Origin: Candidatus Micrarchaeota archaeon
GTDB taxonomy: Archaea > Micrarchaeota > Micrarchaeia > Anstonellales > Bilamarchaeaceae
Assembly: GCA_040753215.1 (NCBI GenBank)
Contig: JBFMEZ010000021.1
Location: forward strand, 1 to 60,053
Reading direction: 5' to 3'
DNA: 60,053 nucleotides
The notes beneath the pieces are model-generated. The model ran no database searches. It saw only the letters and a list, made by a program, of their open reading frames with translations, and was not told the origin of the DNA. Shown here in pieces: positions 34,554 to 46,500 of this stretch. The position numbers and the translations under genes are program-made. Every line of letters starts with the position of its first letter. Within the stretch, counting starts at the first letter, position 1.

Positions 34554-37500
34554 CTAGCGCAGCTCAAGGTAGAAATAAACCAGCCCGCTCGTCCCTTTAT
34601 ATGTGTCCAGGGTTCCGGGCACCCTTATCTCGTAGTCCAGCGTATCCGCATACCTGCCCGAGATGTCCTGCGTAATGTTGGTCATGAATATCACGGCGGG
34701 GTTGTTGGTTGTGTTGAACTGCCCGGTTATGTTGCTCGTGTCCCACAGTATCCCTGTGCGGTGCACGGTGTTGTTGGTGCTGTTCGCTACCGGGACGTTC
34801 TGGATGTAGTTCCCATACACCCTGAATGTGGCCACCTCCTTCGGGTTGCTGCCGTCCGAGGAGAAGGTGTAGTTGACGTTGTCGTTCGAGTACTGCGCCG
34901 CGGAATAGCCGAGGAGGGTGTCCAGCTCCTCGAAATCGTCCGTGGAATTCCCGCCGGTCGTGTTCTTCCCGAGCGCCTGCAGGCCTGTCCAGTTCACGCT
35001 CTCGTCCGCATTCACCACATACACGTTCCCTGTGCCGTTCCACTCCCATCCGTACACCCAGCCTGAGGTGTTGGACTGGGCGAGCACGAGCCAGCCGGAG
35101 ACGTTCCCATAGAAGACGTGCCAGATTTCCGAGCAGGTCTTCGTACAGCCGAAGTGGCCGTTCTCGCTCCAGTTGTACCAGTCGTCGCACCTGTCCAGCG
35201 AGCCCGCGTTGGAGGAATTGGAGTTGTTTATGTCCAGCAGGGTGTTGAAGCACACGTAGTTGCTCGTAAGGCTGTTGGAGCCGCTTCCCGCAAGGAAATT
35301 CACACCGTCCCCCAGGTTGCGGGTGATGTTGTTCGCGGTTATGTTGTTCTGGGTGCTTCCGTTCAGGAACAGCCCATACCGCGTATTGTTGTATATCGTG
35401 TTGTTCCTTATTGTGTTGTTGTGGGAATTATCCAGGCGGAGCCCGTCCAGCGAGTTGTTTAAGATGCTGTTCTGGATTATGGAGTTGTTGTAGGATGGGT
35501 CCACGTACATCCCGTATGCGTTGGAATGGGCGGAGTTGTTCGTAATGTTGTTGAGAGTTGTGTCAGAGAGGTAGAAGCCGTAGTTGGTGTTGTTGCGGGC
35601 GGTGCTGTTATGTATGGTATTCTCATTGGAAGCTGAGCCGAAAAGGTCATCCAGAAGGAATCCTGCGTTGGTGTTGTTGTAGGCCCGGGAGTTGCGGATG
35701 GTTATGTTGCTGGCTTCATAAAGGGAGAAGCCGTCGTTGGTGTTGTTGCGGGCGGTGGCGTTGGTGAGGTTGTGGTATGAGGTGGAGCTGATGTAGAAGC
35801 CCGAGTTCCCGTTGTCGTATGAGGAGCTGTTCTCTATTGCGTTGTACAGGAAGCCGGAGCCGCCCAGGGAGAAGCCGAAGCCTGTGTTTAAGTGCGCAGT
35901 CCCGTTAACGACCTTGTTGGAGCCGGCCGTTATGTAGAAGCCCGCCGAGCTGTTGAATGCGTAGTCGTTGGTAAGGTTGTTGTACAGGTCTGGCAGGCTT
36001 GCCTTTGTGCTGAGGTAGAAGCCGTAGCCCGTGTTGTTCTCGGCCCTGCAGTCCGCCACCACGTTGTACTGGGACTGGTCAAGCCTGAGGCCGTTGTTGG
36101 TGTTTCCGTACGCGGTGCAGTTCGTTATGCGGTTCCTGTGGGAAGAGCCCAGCAATATGCCGTCGTTCGCATTCCTATATGAAGTTACGTTGGTGATGTT
36201 GTTGTCCGAAGCGCCGAGCAGGTACACTCCGTCCGTATTGTCGCGGGATATGCTGTTTGCGATGGTATTGTTTCCGGAGTCCTGGTTGATATATATGCCT
36301 GCCTGGCCGTTCCCGTAGGCAAGCAGGGAGGTCATGTTAGTGCGGTTGGCGGCTGCCAGATAGAGCCCGGCGTAGGTGTTGTTGTGGAAGGTGCTGTTGT
36401 AAACCGAAACGTTCTGGGAATAATAGATTTGCATGCCCTGGGTGTAATTGTTGACGCCCGGGCAGTTCCGCACGGTCACGTTGTTGAGGGAGCCGTTCAG
36501 GAGTATTCCTCCGGTGGAGTAGGTGGCCGAGGTGCCGTTGTCCGTGATGTTGTAGCCGTTGCAGTCCCAGAGGACGTTGGAGGCTGCGATTTTGACGCAT
36601 ACGTACTGCAGGGTGGTCGGAGAGCCGTCATTCGGCGCGCCCCTCAGATTCGCGAGCTGCGTGTATGCGCCGGATGCAGTTATGACCGGGCATGTGTCGT
36701 TCACCTGGAGGATTCCATAGTCGCTCGCCGGGTTCATGTTCGTGAGACCGAGGGAATTCGCGGAGGTGTCCGGGGTGCTGTTCATCCTCGTCCAGCCGGT
36801 TGAATTATACTTCCAGAGCTCCAGCAGGCTCTCTGTGTAGCCGCCCGTTTCTGAGTCCTGCCAGGTCCATAGTATGGTGTCTATTGAGACTGTGCCGTTT
36901 GCCGCGGATATGTTCACGAATTTCTGCCTGAAAGAGACCCTTCCTGAGGGGAGCGCAGAGGAGTTGGCCGTCCAGTTTATGGTGTACGCGGTGCCCGCAT
37001 CGACCGTGTCGGTTATGTTGAGGGAGGTGTAGTTCTGGAAGTTGCCTATGGGGTTGTCTATCGTGAGGTTGTTGAGGTAGACGGCCCTGCCCGCGTCGCT
37101 CTCCGCGTAGAAGTCGTAGCCGTTCCCGAAGAGGTGCGTGTCCGTTGCGTTGGTGAGGTTGGAGGAGTTCAGGAAAATCCCGTACCGGGAGTTGTTGTAG
37201 GCGGAGCTGTTGAAGAGCCTGTTCCCGTCGCTTGCGAGCAGGGAATATGCGTCGTATATTATGCGGAAGCCGAACGTGTTGTTGTAGGCGCTGGAGTTTA
37301 CGAACAGGTTGCTGTTTGAGCCCTCTGCCAGGAAGCCGCTGCCGGAGTTGTTCCGCGATACGAAGCTGGTGAAGTTGTTGGAGTCCGCGCTGAAATAGAG
37401 GTACACGCCGTTGTTGGAATTATTCTGCGAGGAGGAATCGGACATTGTGTTGTTGTCCGCCCCGGAGAGGTAGAACCCGTACTGCCCGTTCATGTATGCG

Positions 37501-40500
37501 GTGGCGTTCGCAAGCGTGTTCCGGGAGCTGTATATGAAGTAGAAGCCGTTTTGGGTGTTGTCAAAGGCGGAGTTGTTCAGGAGCGTGTGGTAGTTGTCCG
37601 GGTTGCTTGCCTCCGTGTCCAGCACTATCCCCGAAGCGGAGTTGTTGTAGGCGGTATTGTTTGTGAGGTTGCCGTAGAACGAGAGGTACACGTAAAAGCC
37701 ATGGTTGAGATTGTCGTATGCGGTGTTGTTGAGAAGGATGTTGTAGTTGGAATTGGACTGCACAGAGAAGCCGTCCACCGCATTGCCGTAGGATATGCTG
37801 TTCGTGATGTTGTTGTTCGATGCGGAGGACATGTAGAGCCCGTACCCGGAGTTGTTGCGGCTCAGGAGCCGGTCCAGCACGCCGTACGTCACGCCCTCCA
37901 GGTAGAAGCCGTCGAATGAATTGTTGAATGCGGTGTTGTTGCGCAGCGTATGCCCGGTCTCGTAGACCGTGAAGCCGTATGCATAGTTCCTTATCGTGCA
38001 GTTCCCCACTGTGTCGTTCTGGATGCTCACGCTGCACAGCCCGGAGCAGCCGACCTGTATTCCATTCCCCGTCTGGTCTACCCCGTCTATTATGGACTCG
38101 TTGCAGTCAAGGAATATGTTCGAGGAGTTCATGTATAGGAGCGGGTTGCCGAACCCTGTGTCCATGTAGTAGGTGTCCCTGCAGAGCGTCGTGTTGAAGT
38201 TCACGCGGAGGATTCCGGAATCGTTCACTATGTTGCCCTGCCAGGTGGTGGGGTCCGAGAGGTTCACGCATCCTGTGTAGTTGTTCTGCAGTATCGCGTA
38301 TTCGCTGCCCGGGTTCATGTTCGTGAGGCCTAAGGTATTGGCGGAGGTGTCCGGTGTATAGTTGAGGAGCGCCCAGGTGGTGTTGTATTTCCAGAGCTCG
38401 AACTTCGTTTCGTTGTATATGCCCGAGGCCTCGGAGTCCAGCCAGCTCCATGCTATGGAATCTATGGAGACCGTGCCGGTAACGTTGGTTATGTTCACGA
38501 ACTTCTCAAGGAACGGGAAGCGGGCGGACGGGAGGGCGTATGCGTTCGCCACCCATTTTACCGTGTATTCGCTTGACGAGCCGGATTCCACCGTGTCGTT
38601 TATCTGCAGGATTGTGTAGTTGGAATAATTGCCAAACGGGCCGTCTATCGTGAGGTTGGTGAAGTTGAGCTGGAATGCGGTTACGCCCGCGGTGAGCACC
38701 CTCAGTTCCGCGAGGGTGTTGTTGAACGCGTGCGTATCGTAGAACACGTGGCCGCCGTCGTAGGCGGCCGCAATCCCGTACTGCGCATTCCCGTAGGCGA
38801 GGGTGTTGTTCAGGGTGCTGTTGGCGCTGGAGGCGAAGGAGATTCCCGTGAGTGTGTTCCGCGTGGCGTTGGTCCCGGTCAGGTTGTTGTAGTTGGAAAG
38901 GTATACCTGGAAGCCGTTCTGGGTGTTCAGGTATGCGGTGCTGCTGGTGAGGGAATTGTAGTGGCTGTACTGGAGGTAGAAGCCGTGCTGGGAATTGGAA
39001 TATGCGGTGTTGTCCGTGAGGGTGCTGTAGTTGCTGTTGTTGATGTAGAAGCCGTGCTGGGAGTTGCTGTAGGCGGTGTTGTTGGTGAGGTTGTTGTAGG
39101 CGCTGCGGTCCGTTGCTATCCCGTACAGGGCATTTATATAAACGGAGTTGTACGCCATTGTCGTGTAATTGGAGCCTGAATAGGCGACGATGCCGTGGGT
39201 GTTGTTGAACGCGCTGTTCCCGGTTATGTTATTGGAAAGGGAACTCTCCACCGCGATTCCCACATTAGTATTGTTGTAGGCGGTGCCGGAGACGATGGCA
39301 TTGGCATCGGAAAGGCGGATGAGGAAGCCGTGGTCTAGGTTGTAGTACGCGGAATCGTTGCGGAGAGTGTTGTTGCTGCTCCCGTATATGTAGAATCCGT
39401 AATTGCTGTTGTTGTGTGCGGTGGCGTTTATGATGGTGCTGTGGTTGGCGTAGTAAAGGACTATGCCCGAATCGGTGTTGTTGCGAACAGTCATGTTGCC
39501 AAACGTGCTGCCGTTGGACAGGTAGGAATAAACGCCGTAGGTGTAGTTGGAGATGCCAGGGCAGTTGCGCACGGTAACGTTGCTGAGCGAGCCGTTGAGG
39601 AGCACGCCGTAGCTCGTGTAGGAGGCGGACGTGCCGTCGTCGGTTATGCTGTAGCCGCCGCAGTCGTAGAGGACGTTTGAGGCGGCGATTTTCACGCAGG
39701 CGTAATCGGAGAGAGGCGAGGCGCTGTAGGGCGCGCCCGAATAATCCTGGCCCTGCGTGTAGGTGCCTGACGCATTGACCAGCATGCAGTTGCCGTTCTG
39801 CAGTATCGCGTATTCGCTGCCCGGGTTCATGTTCGTGAGCCCGAGGGAATTCGCGGAGGTGTCCGGTGTGCTGTTAATCCTTGCCCAGGTGGTGTTGTAC
39901 TTCCAGAGCTCGAACTTCGCCTCCTCGTATCCTGTGAGCTCGGAGTCCAGCCAGCTCCACACTATGGAGTCTATGGATACGGTTCCTGTCGTGTTGGTTA
40001 TGTTCACGAACTTCTCCCTGAAGGAGATGCGGCCGGACGGGAGCGCGTAGGCATTTGCCACCCATTTTATCCCATAGGCGGTGCTTGGCTCAACGCTGTC
40101 GTTTATGTGCAGGGTCGTATAGTTGGAATAGTTGCCGAAGGGATTGTCCACTGTGAGGTTGGTGAAGTTTACGAGCATCGCAGAGCCGCCGGCAGTCATC
40201 CTCACCTCATCCATTGTATTGTTGTATACGTGCGTGCCGTATGCCCTTGTGTTGTTGGAGTAGCCGATTCCCAGGCCGTAGCGGCCGCTTCCGTAAGATA
40301 ATGTATTGTTGAGGGTGGTGTTGGCGCTGGAGGCAATTGATACTCCGTCATATGTTGTGCTGCCAACGCTGTTGGAGCTGGCGTTCGTGCCAGTGAGGTT
40401 GTTGTTATCTGAGAAGTAAACCTGGAAGCCGGACTGGGTGTTCAAGTAGGCGGTGCTGTTTATGAGGGAATTGTACTGGCTGGACTGCAGGTAGAAGCCA

Positions 40501-43500
40501 TACTGGGAATTATTGTATGCGCTGTTGCCGGTGAGGGTGTTGGAATTGGCGGAATTGTTCAGGTGGAAGCCGTGCGCTGAATTATTGTAGGCGGTGTTGT
40601 TTTCAAGATTGCCGTATGTGTCGGTTTCGAAGTAGAAGCCGCTCTGCGCATTGCTGTAGGCGGTGTTGTTTGTGAAGTTGTTGTACGAGCTTGCTACCCC
40701 TCCCATGCCGTGCACGCTATTGCTGTATGCGGTGTTGTTGGAAAGCACATTGTAATTGGAGCTGATGTATACGACGATGCCATACGTATTGTTGTAGGCG
40801 GTGTTGCCGGTGATGTTGTTCGAGTTTGATGAGTACGCGGCCAGCAGGCCCAGGCCGCCATTGCTGAAGGCAGTGTTCGCGGTTGCGGAATTGTTTGAGG
40901 AATTGCGGAGGTAGAAGCCATCTTCATTATTGTAGGCGGTGTTGTTTGCGAGAAGGTTTCCGCTGGACAGGTTCAGGTGGAAGCCGATCTCCGTGTTGCC
41001 GTAGGCGGTGTTGTTCCTCATGGAATTTTCGCTGGAGCCGTCCAGGCGGATGCCGTCCCTGGAGTTGTTGCGTGGAATGTTTTCCGTTATGGTGTTGTTG
41101 TGGGAGCCGGACAGGTAGATTCCATCCAGCGTGTTCAGGTATGCCGAGTTGTTGTGCAGCGTGTTGTTGTTGGCGGTGAGGATTGAGAAGCCGTACTGGA
41201 GGTTGTTCCGGGCGGTGTTTCCCGTGAGGTTGTTCTGCGAGGAGACTATCCTTACCACAAAGCCGCTCTCCACGTTTTCGTACGCGGAATTGTTGATGAG
41301 GGTGTTGTTTATCGCATACCAGTAGATGTGGAAGCCGTCCTTTGAGTTGTTGTATGCGAGGTTGTTCCTCAGCGTATTGTTGCCTGTATCGTAAACGAAG
41401 AACCCATAATCGGTATTGTTGCGGCCGGTGTTGTCGGAAAGGCTGTTGCCCGAAGATGCCGAGCCCAGATAGAAGCCATCGGTTCCATCAAAGGCGGTGT
41501 TGTTGTGCACGCTGCTGCTGTTGGAGAGGTAAAGGCCGAAGCCGTACACCGCGTTCCCGGATGCGGTGCTGTAGGAGACGTTTGTGCCGATGGAGGACTC
41601 GAGGTAGAAGCCCGAGCCGACGACTGTATCAAGGGCGGAGTTGTTGAATAGTATATTGTAGTTGCTCTGGTAGATGTAGAATCCGTACTGGGTGTTATTG
41701 TAGGCGGTGTTGTTCTCCAGCCTGTTGGAATTCGCGGAGGAGAGGGCGAACCCGTAATTGGTGTTGTTGTAGGCGGTGTTGTTCGTGAAGTTGTTCGAGG
41801 TGGAGGAGAGCTGCGTGCTGAAGCCGTAGGTGTTCCCGTATGCGGTGCTGTTGTCTACGGCGCCTGACACGGAGTAGATGAAGACGAAGCCGTAATTGGT
41901 GTTGTTGTACGCCGTGCTGTTCAGCACGGTGCTGTAGTTGGAATAGGAGAAACCAAACGCTGTGTCCGAGTTGTTGTATGCGGCATCCTGGGCGATGCGC
42001 GTGTAGTTGGAGGAGAGGATGTAGAAGCCGTACAGGTAATTCCTGAAGGTGCAGTTCTCTATCGTGTCGTATTCCTTGTTGGTTGCGTAAATCCCCCAGC
42101 CGTCCCTGTCCACGCCGTCTATTACGGACTCGTTGCAGTTGAGCCAGATGCCTGTCGAGTTCATCTCGAAGACCTGCGACACGCCCGTATAATTGCCCAG
42201 GTAATAGGTGTCCCTGCACAGCGTCGTGTTCCTGTTAACGTGCAGGACGCCGGACTTGTTAACTATGTAATCCTGCCAGGTGAGCGGGTTGGAGATGTTC
42301 ACGCACGGGCCGGCGTCGTATATGCTGTAGTTCGTGAACTGGGTGACGTTGACGAAATAGTTGTAGGTGCTGCCGGTGAAATAAGAAGTGGGCGTCGTGC
42401 AGATGGACGCGCTGCATGCGGCGCCGTTCCTGAGGGCGATGGGGCTGCTGAAATACGGGAGGCCATAGAACTCTATCGTCGCGGAGCGGTTGTAGTCAGG
42501 GACCCTCTCGGATTTTACGGTTGCGAGGTTGGATTCCAGGAACATGTTCCTATACGTGGTGGAGCGGTTGAACAGGATTTCGGAATAGTTGTACTTTATG
42601 TAATCGTTGTATATCCGTATCGTGGTCCCGTTGGAGAAGAAGCCGGCCGGCTCGTAGGAATAGATGTACGGGCTCTGTGTGACCGTGGACAGGCCTATGG
42701 TGAGGTAATACCAGTTGGAATTGTTCACGTGGATGAAGTGGTAGTTGCGGTAGTCGCCGTAAGTTGTTATGTTGTAGAGGCGGTCCTGCGTGATGTTGAA
42801 ATAGGAGGTGCGGTTCAGCTTTACCACGTACCAGTCTATGGACGTGGAGCCGGTGTAATAGCGCACCCCTGCCCAGATGACGTCATCGGTCGGGTCAACT
42901 GAAACGGTGTAGGGGCGCTGGAGCGTCGAGGCGCTCGGGAGCGCGAGCGTCCTGTTTTGGAGCACCGCGCCGGAGGGGCTGAGGGCGTACAGCTTCCAGG
43001 TCGCGTCTGTGCTCCAGTTCGCGCCGGCCACGAAGTAGTTGTTCTCCGCGTCAATCGCGATGTCGTAGAGCTGGTTCTGGGCAGACGGCGCGTCCGTCCA
43101 GTTCCACACCTGCGCCAGCGTATCCGGGTCCAGCTTGGCGACCTTGAATTCCGAATTCGCGATGTCTCCCTTCGCGTAGCCCGCGACCGCATAGTATCCC
43201 TCCTGGTCCACCGCAACGGACATCGCCACCTCGGTGGCGCTCCCCCAGTCGATTGAGTTGTACGCGAGGAGGTTCCCGTTCTCGTCTAATTTGTAAATTA
43301 TCCACTCCGCCGCACCGTTGGCGTACCCGGCGAACACATAATCGTTGTGCCCGTCAACCGCCACCGAAGCGAACAAATCGTCCGTAACGCCGCCGAACGT
43401 GTAGTTCCAGAGCATGCTGCCCGAGGAGCTCACCTTTGCGGTCATCACGTCGTAGTCCCCGCCGGCGTCCTGCGATTGCCCGGCTATGACATAGTTGTTG

Positions 43501-46500
43501 TCCGTATCGACCGCGATGTCGAAAGCCGCGTCGTTCTTTCCGCTCCAGTCAAAAGTCCTGTTCCACAGGTGCGAGCCGCTGGAGTTGAGCTTGAGGATGG
43601 TCACGTTGGAGTCGCCCGACTCCATCATCGTCCTGCCCACGATGACGTAATTGTTGTCCGCGTCGGAAACCACGCTGTACGCCTCGCTGTGGTTGCTGCT
43701 GAAATTGAACTCCGCGGTCCATTCGGTTTCAAGGAAAGTCCCGCCCGTAGTGACGTTGGAAAGGACCTTCATTATTTTCCATCCCACTTCCGGCGGGCTT
43801 GCGCCGCTCGTGTTGTAGTAGCCCACGAAGACGTAGTCCCCGAACGCGTCCACCATGGAATCGTAGAGGTAGTCGGGCCGGGTGCTCCAGTTGTAGGTTA
43901 TGTTGTATTCATAATCAAGGGCTGCCGGGTCGCCGTTCAGGAAGCGCACAGCGTCCCGGTAGTAGTAGATGGAGCAGTTCTCAAGGACGGTGCCGTTGTA
44001 GTTGCTGAGGAGGAATTCGTTGAGTTTGTTCCCGATTACGGTGGATGCGTTGCAGTCGAGACCAACGTCGTTGTCCCTCATCACGAACGTGGGGGTGACC
44101 GCATTCACGTAGTAGGTGTCCCTGCACAGGGCCGCGTCCTCCGTGAGGGTTATCGGGTAGGTCCCGTTCGCGGCCTCGAACGCGGTGAGGTTGATGCAGG
44201 AGTAGTTGAGGGAGTAGTTCGTGAAGGAGGTCACGTTCATGAGGTAGGTGCGGGCTATCGCGTTCGGCGTCCTGTTGTAGCAGTAGGAGCCGCAGTCCGC
44301 GTTGTCCCTCATCGGGAACGGGGCATCGGAAATCAGGTATGCGGGAAGGTTCCTGAAGAGCAGCTCCGCGGTCTTGTTGTAGTCGCCTATGTTTTCGGAC
44401 CTCACCCCTATGAGGTTGTTCAGTATGTACATGTTCGTGTAGGTGAGTGAATTGGTGAGGTTTATCTCAGGGTATCTTATCCTCCCCTCCGAGTTGTCGA
44501 AGCTGAGGTTGTTCTGCCTGTTGCCCGTCTCCGACACTTCGCTGTAAACGTAGGGGCTTTCGCCCAGGAAGTTGATGCTTATGTTCAGGCCGGTCGAGCT
44601 CGAGGGCCGGTGGTAATCCAGGTTCCTGGAGACGTTGTTTATGGTGTGGTTGTACAGCTTGAGTATCGTCTTGTTGAAGCCCTGGCCGAACTGGTAGAGG
44701 TGCGGCCTCTCGCTGCCGGAGACGAGCTCCATGCCCGCAAATATGTAGTCATCGTGCTTGTTTATCGCGATGTCGTAGGCGGTGCCCGTGGAGCCGCCGT
44801 CGCCCGATACGTAGGTGATGTTCCATACCTGGTTCCCGTTCTCGTCTATTTTGAGTATCCTCTCGTTGGAAGAGGCGTCATTGAATATGATTATGTAATT
44901 GTTCTGGGAATCCACCTCCACGGCCGCCTCCTCGCCGGCGAGGCTGCTGGGCCAGGTGAAGGACGTGGACCACACGGACGTGCCGTCGAAATCATACTTC
45001 AGCACATTGAGCGCCGCGGTGCCGGTCCTGTAATTGACCACGATGTAGTTGTTCTTCAGGTCAACAGCCATCGCAGGGCAGGTGCGCGCCGTGTCCGCGC
45101 CGGCCATGCTGGCCACCGTCCATTCCGTGTCCCCGCTCGTATTGTATTTGCGCAGGTAGCAGTCGTACCCGACCACCTTCTCGTAGCTCTTCCCGTAGTG
45201 CAGGGAATAACCCTCCCCGTCCACGTCGCTGTCCTGCACGTACGTCCTGTTCGTGACGTCTCCGCTGTCGAAACTGATTACGCGGAGCCACTGCAGGGAG
45301 CCGGAGGGCGAATACCTTTCAACGACGCCCCTTATCTCCGGGTTCCCGCCGACGTTCGTGTCGTTGTAGCCGGAGGCGATGTAATAGCCGTTGCCGTCCA
45401 CGACGACGTCCACGTACGTCTCGTTCGGGGAGGTCGTATAGGAAACGTTCCAGAGCTCAGTCCCGTTCTCGTCAATCTTCATTATCACCCTGTCCCACTG
45501 GGTGGAGCCGGCGGCGTTTGCGCGGCGCCCAGCAACGATGTAATTGTTGCCCGCATCCACCGCCACGCCCCTGAGGGCGTTCGCGTATCCGGGGTCGCCG
45601 GAAAAGAAGGTGAAGGTTTTGTTCCAGAGGTGCGCGCCGCTCGCATTCGTTTTCAGCACATACCACGCATTTCTGGAGGAGGTGGAATTCCAGGCATAGC
45701 CCGCGGAAACCACCCTGTCGTATTCGTCCACATCCGCAGCCGTGAGCACGCCCTTGTCGTACGTGGCGGGCGGGTAGTAGGTGCCGTTCCAGTCCTGGGA
45801 ATAGGTCTCAACGGAGGTTATGCTGCGGATGCCGTCCCTCCAGTCCGTTATGATGCAGTTGAGCAGGCGGTTTCCCTGGCGGGTGTTGAGGTAGAACTCC
45901 CCGATGCTGTTGCCTATTATCGTGGAGCCGTTGCAGTCCAGCCAGCGGCCGCCGTATCCGGGGTCCGTGTCCGAGCCGTATTCGGTGATGAGGAGCGGCC
46001 TGGTCGTGTTTATGTAATATGTGTCCCTGCAGAGCGTGACGTTCGTCGCCACCCAGTAGGGGATTGTGCGCGTGCTTATCTTCGCGCCGAATGTTGACTC
46101 GTCGCTCAGGTTCACGCAGTCCGCGGCGTTCTCGGTGCTGTACTCCGTGAATTTGGTCACGTTCATCCTGAAATTGTACGATGTAGCAGAAACCTGCGTC
46201 TGCACCTGCCCGGAGCAGATGGAGGCCGGGCAGTAGGCGCTGTTCCGCACCCCGAAGAGCTGCGGGGTGGAGGCGTAGAAGAGCTCGAAGAAATCCAGCG
46301 TCGCGCTCCTGTTGTAGTTGCCTATGTTCTCGGAGAGCACGGTTATGTTGTTGCTCTTTATGAAGAGGTTGTTCCAGGTGTTGGAATTGTTCAGGTCCAG
46401 GGTCCCGTACCAGATGGAGCCGTCTACTGAGGCGAGCGTTACGTTGCTGAAGCGGATGTTGTCGGACTGGGTTGCGTTCCTCACGTTTATGTACGGGGAG

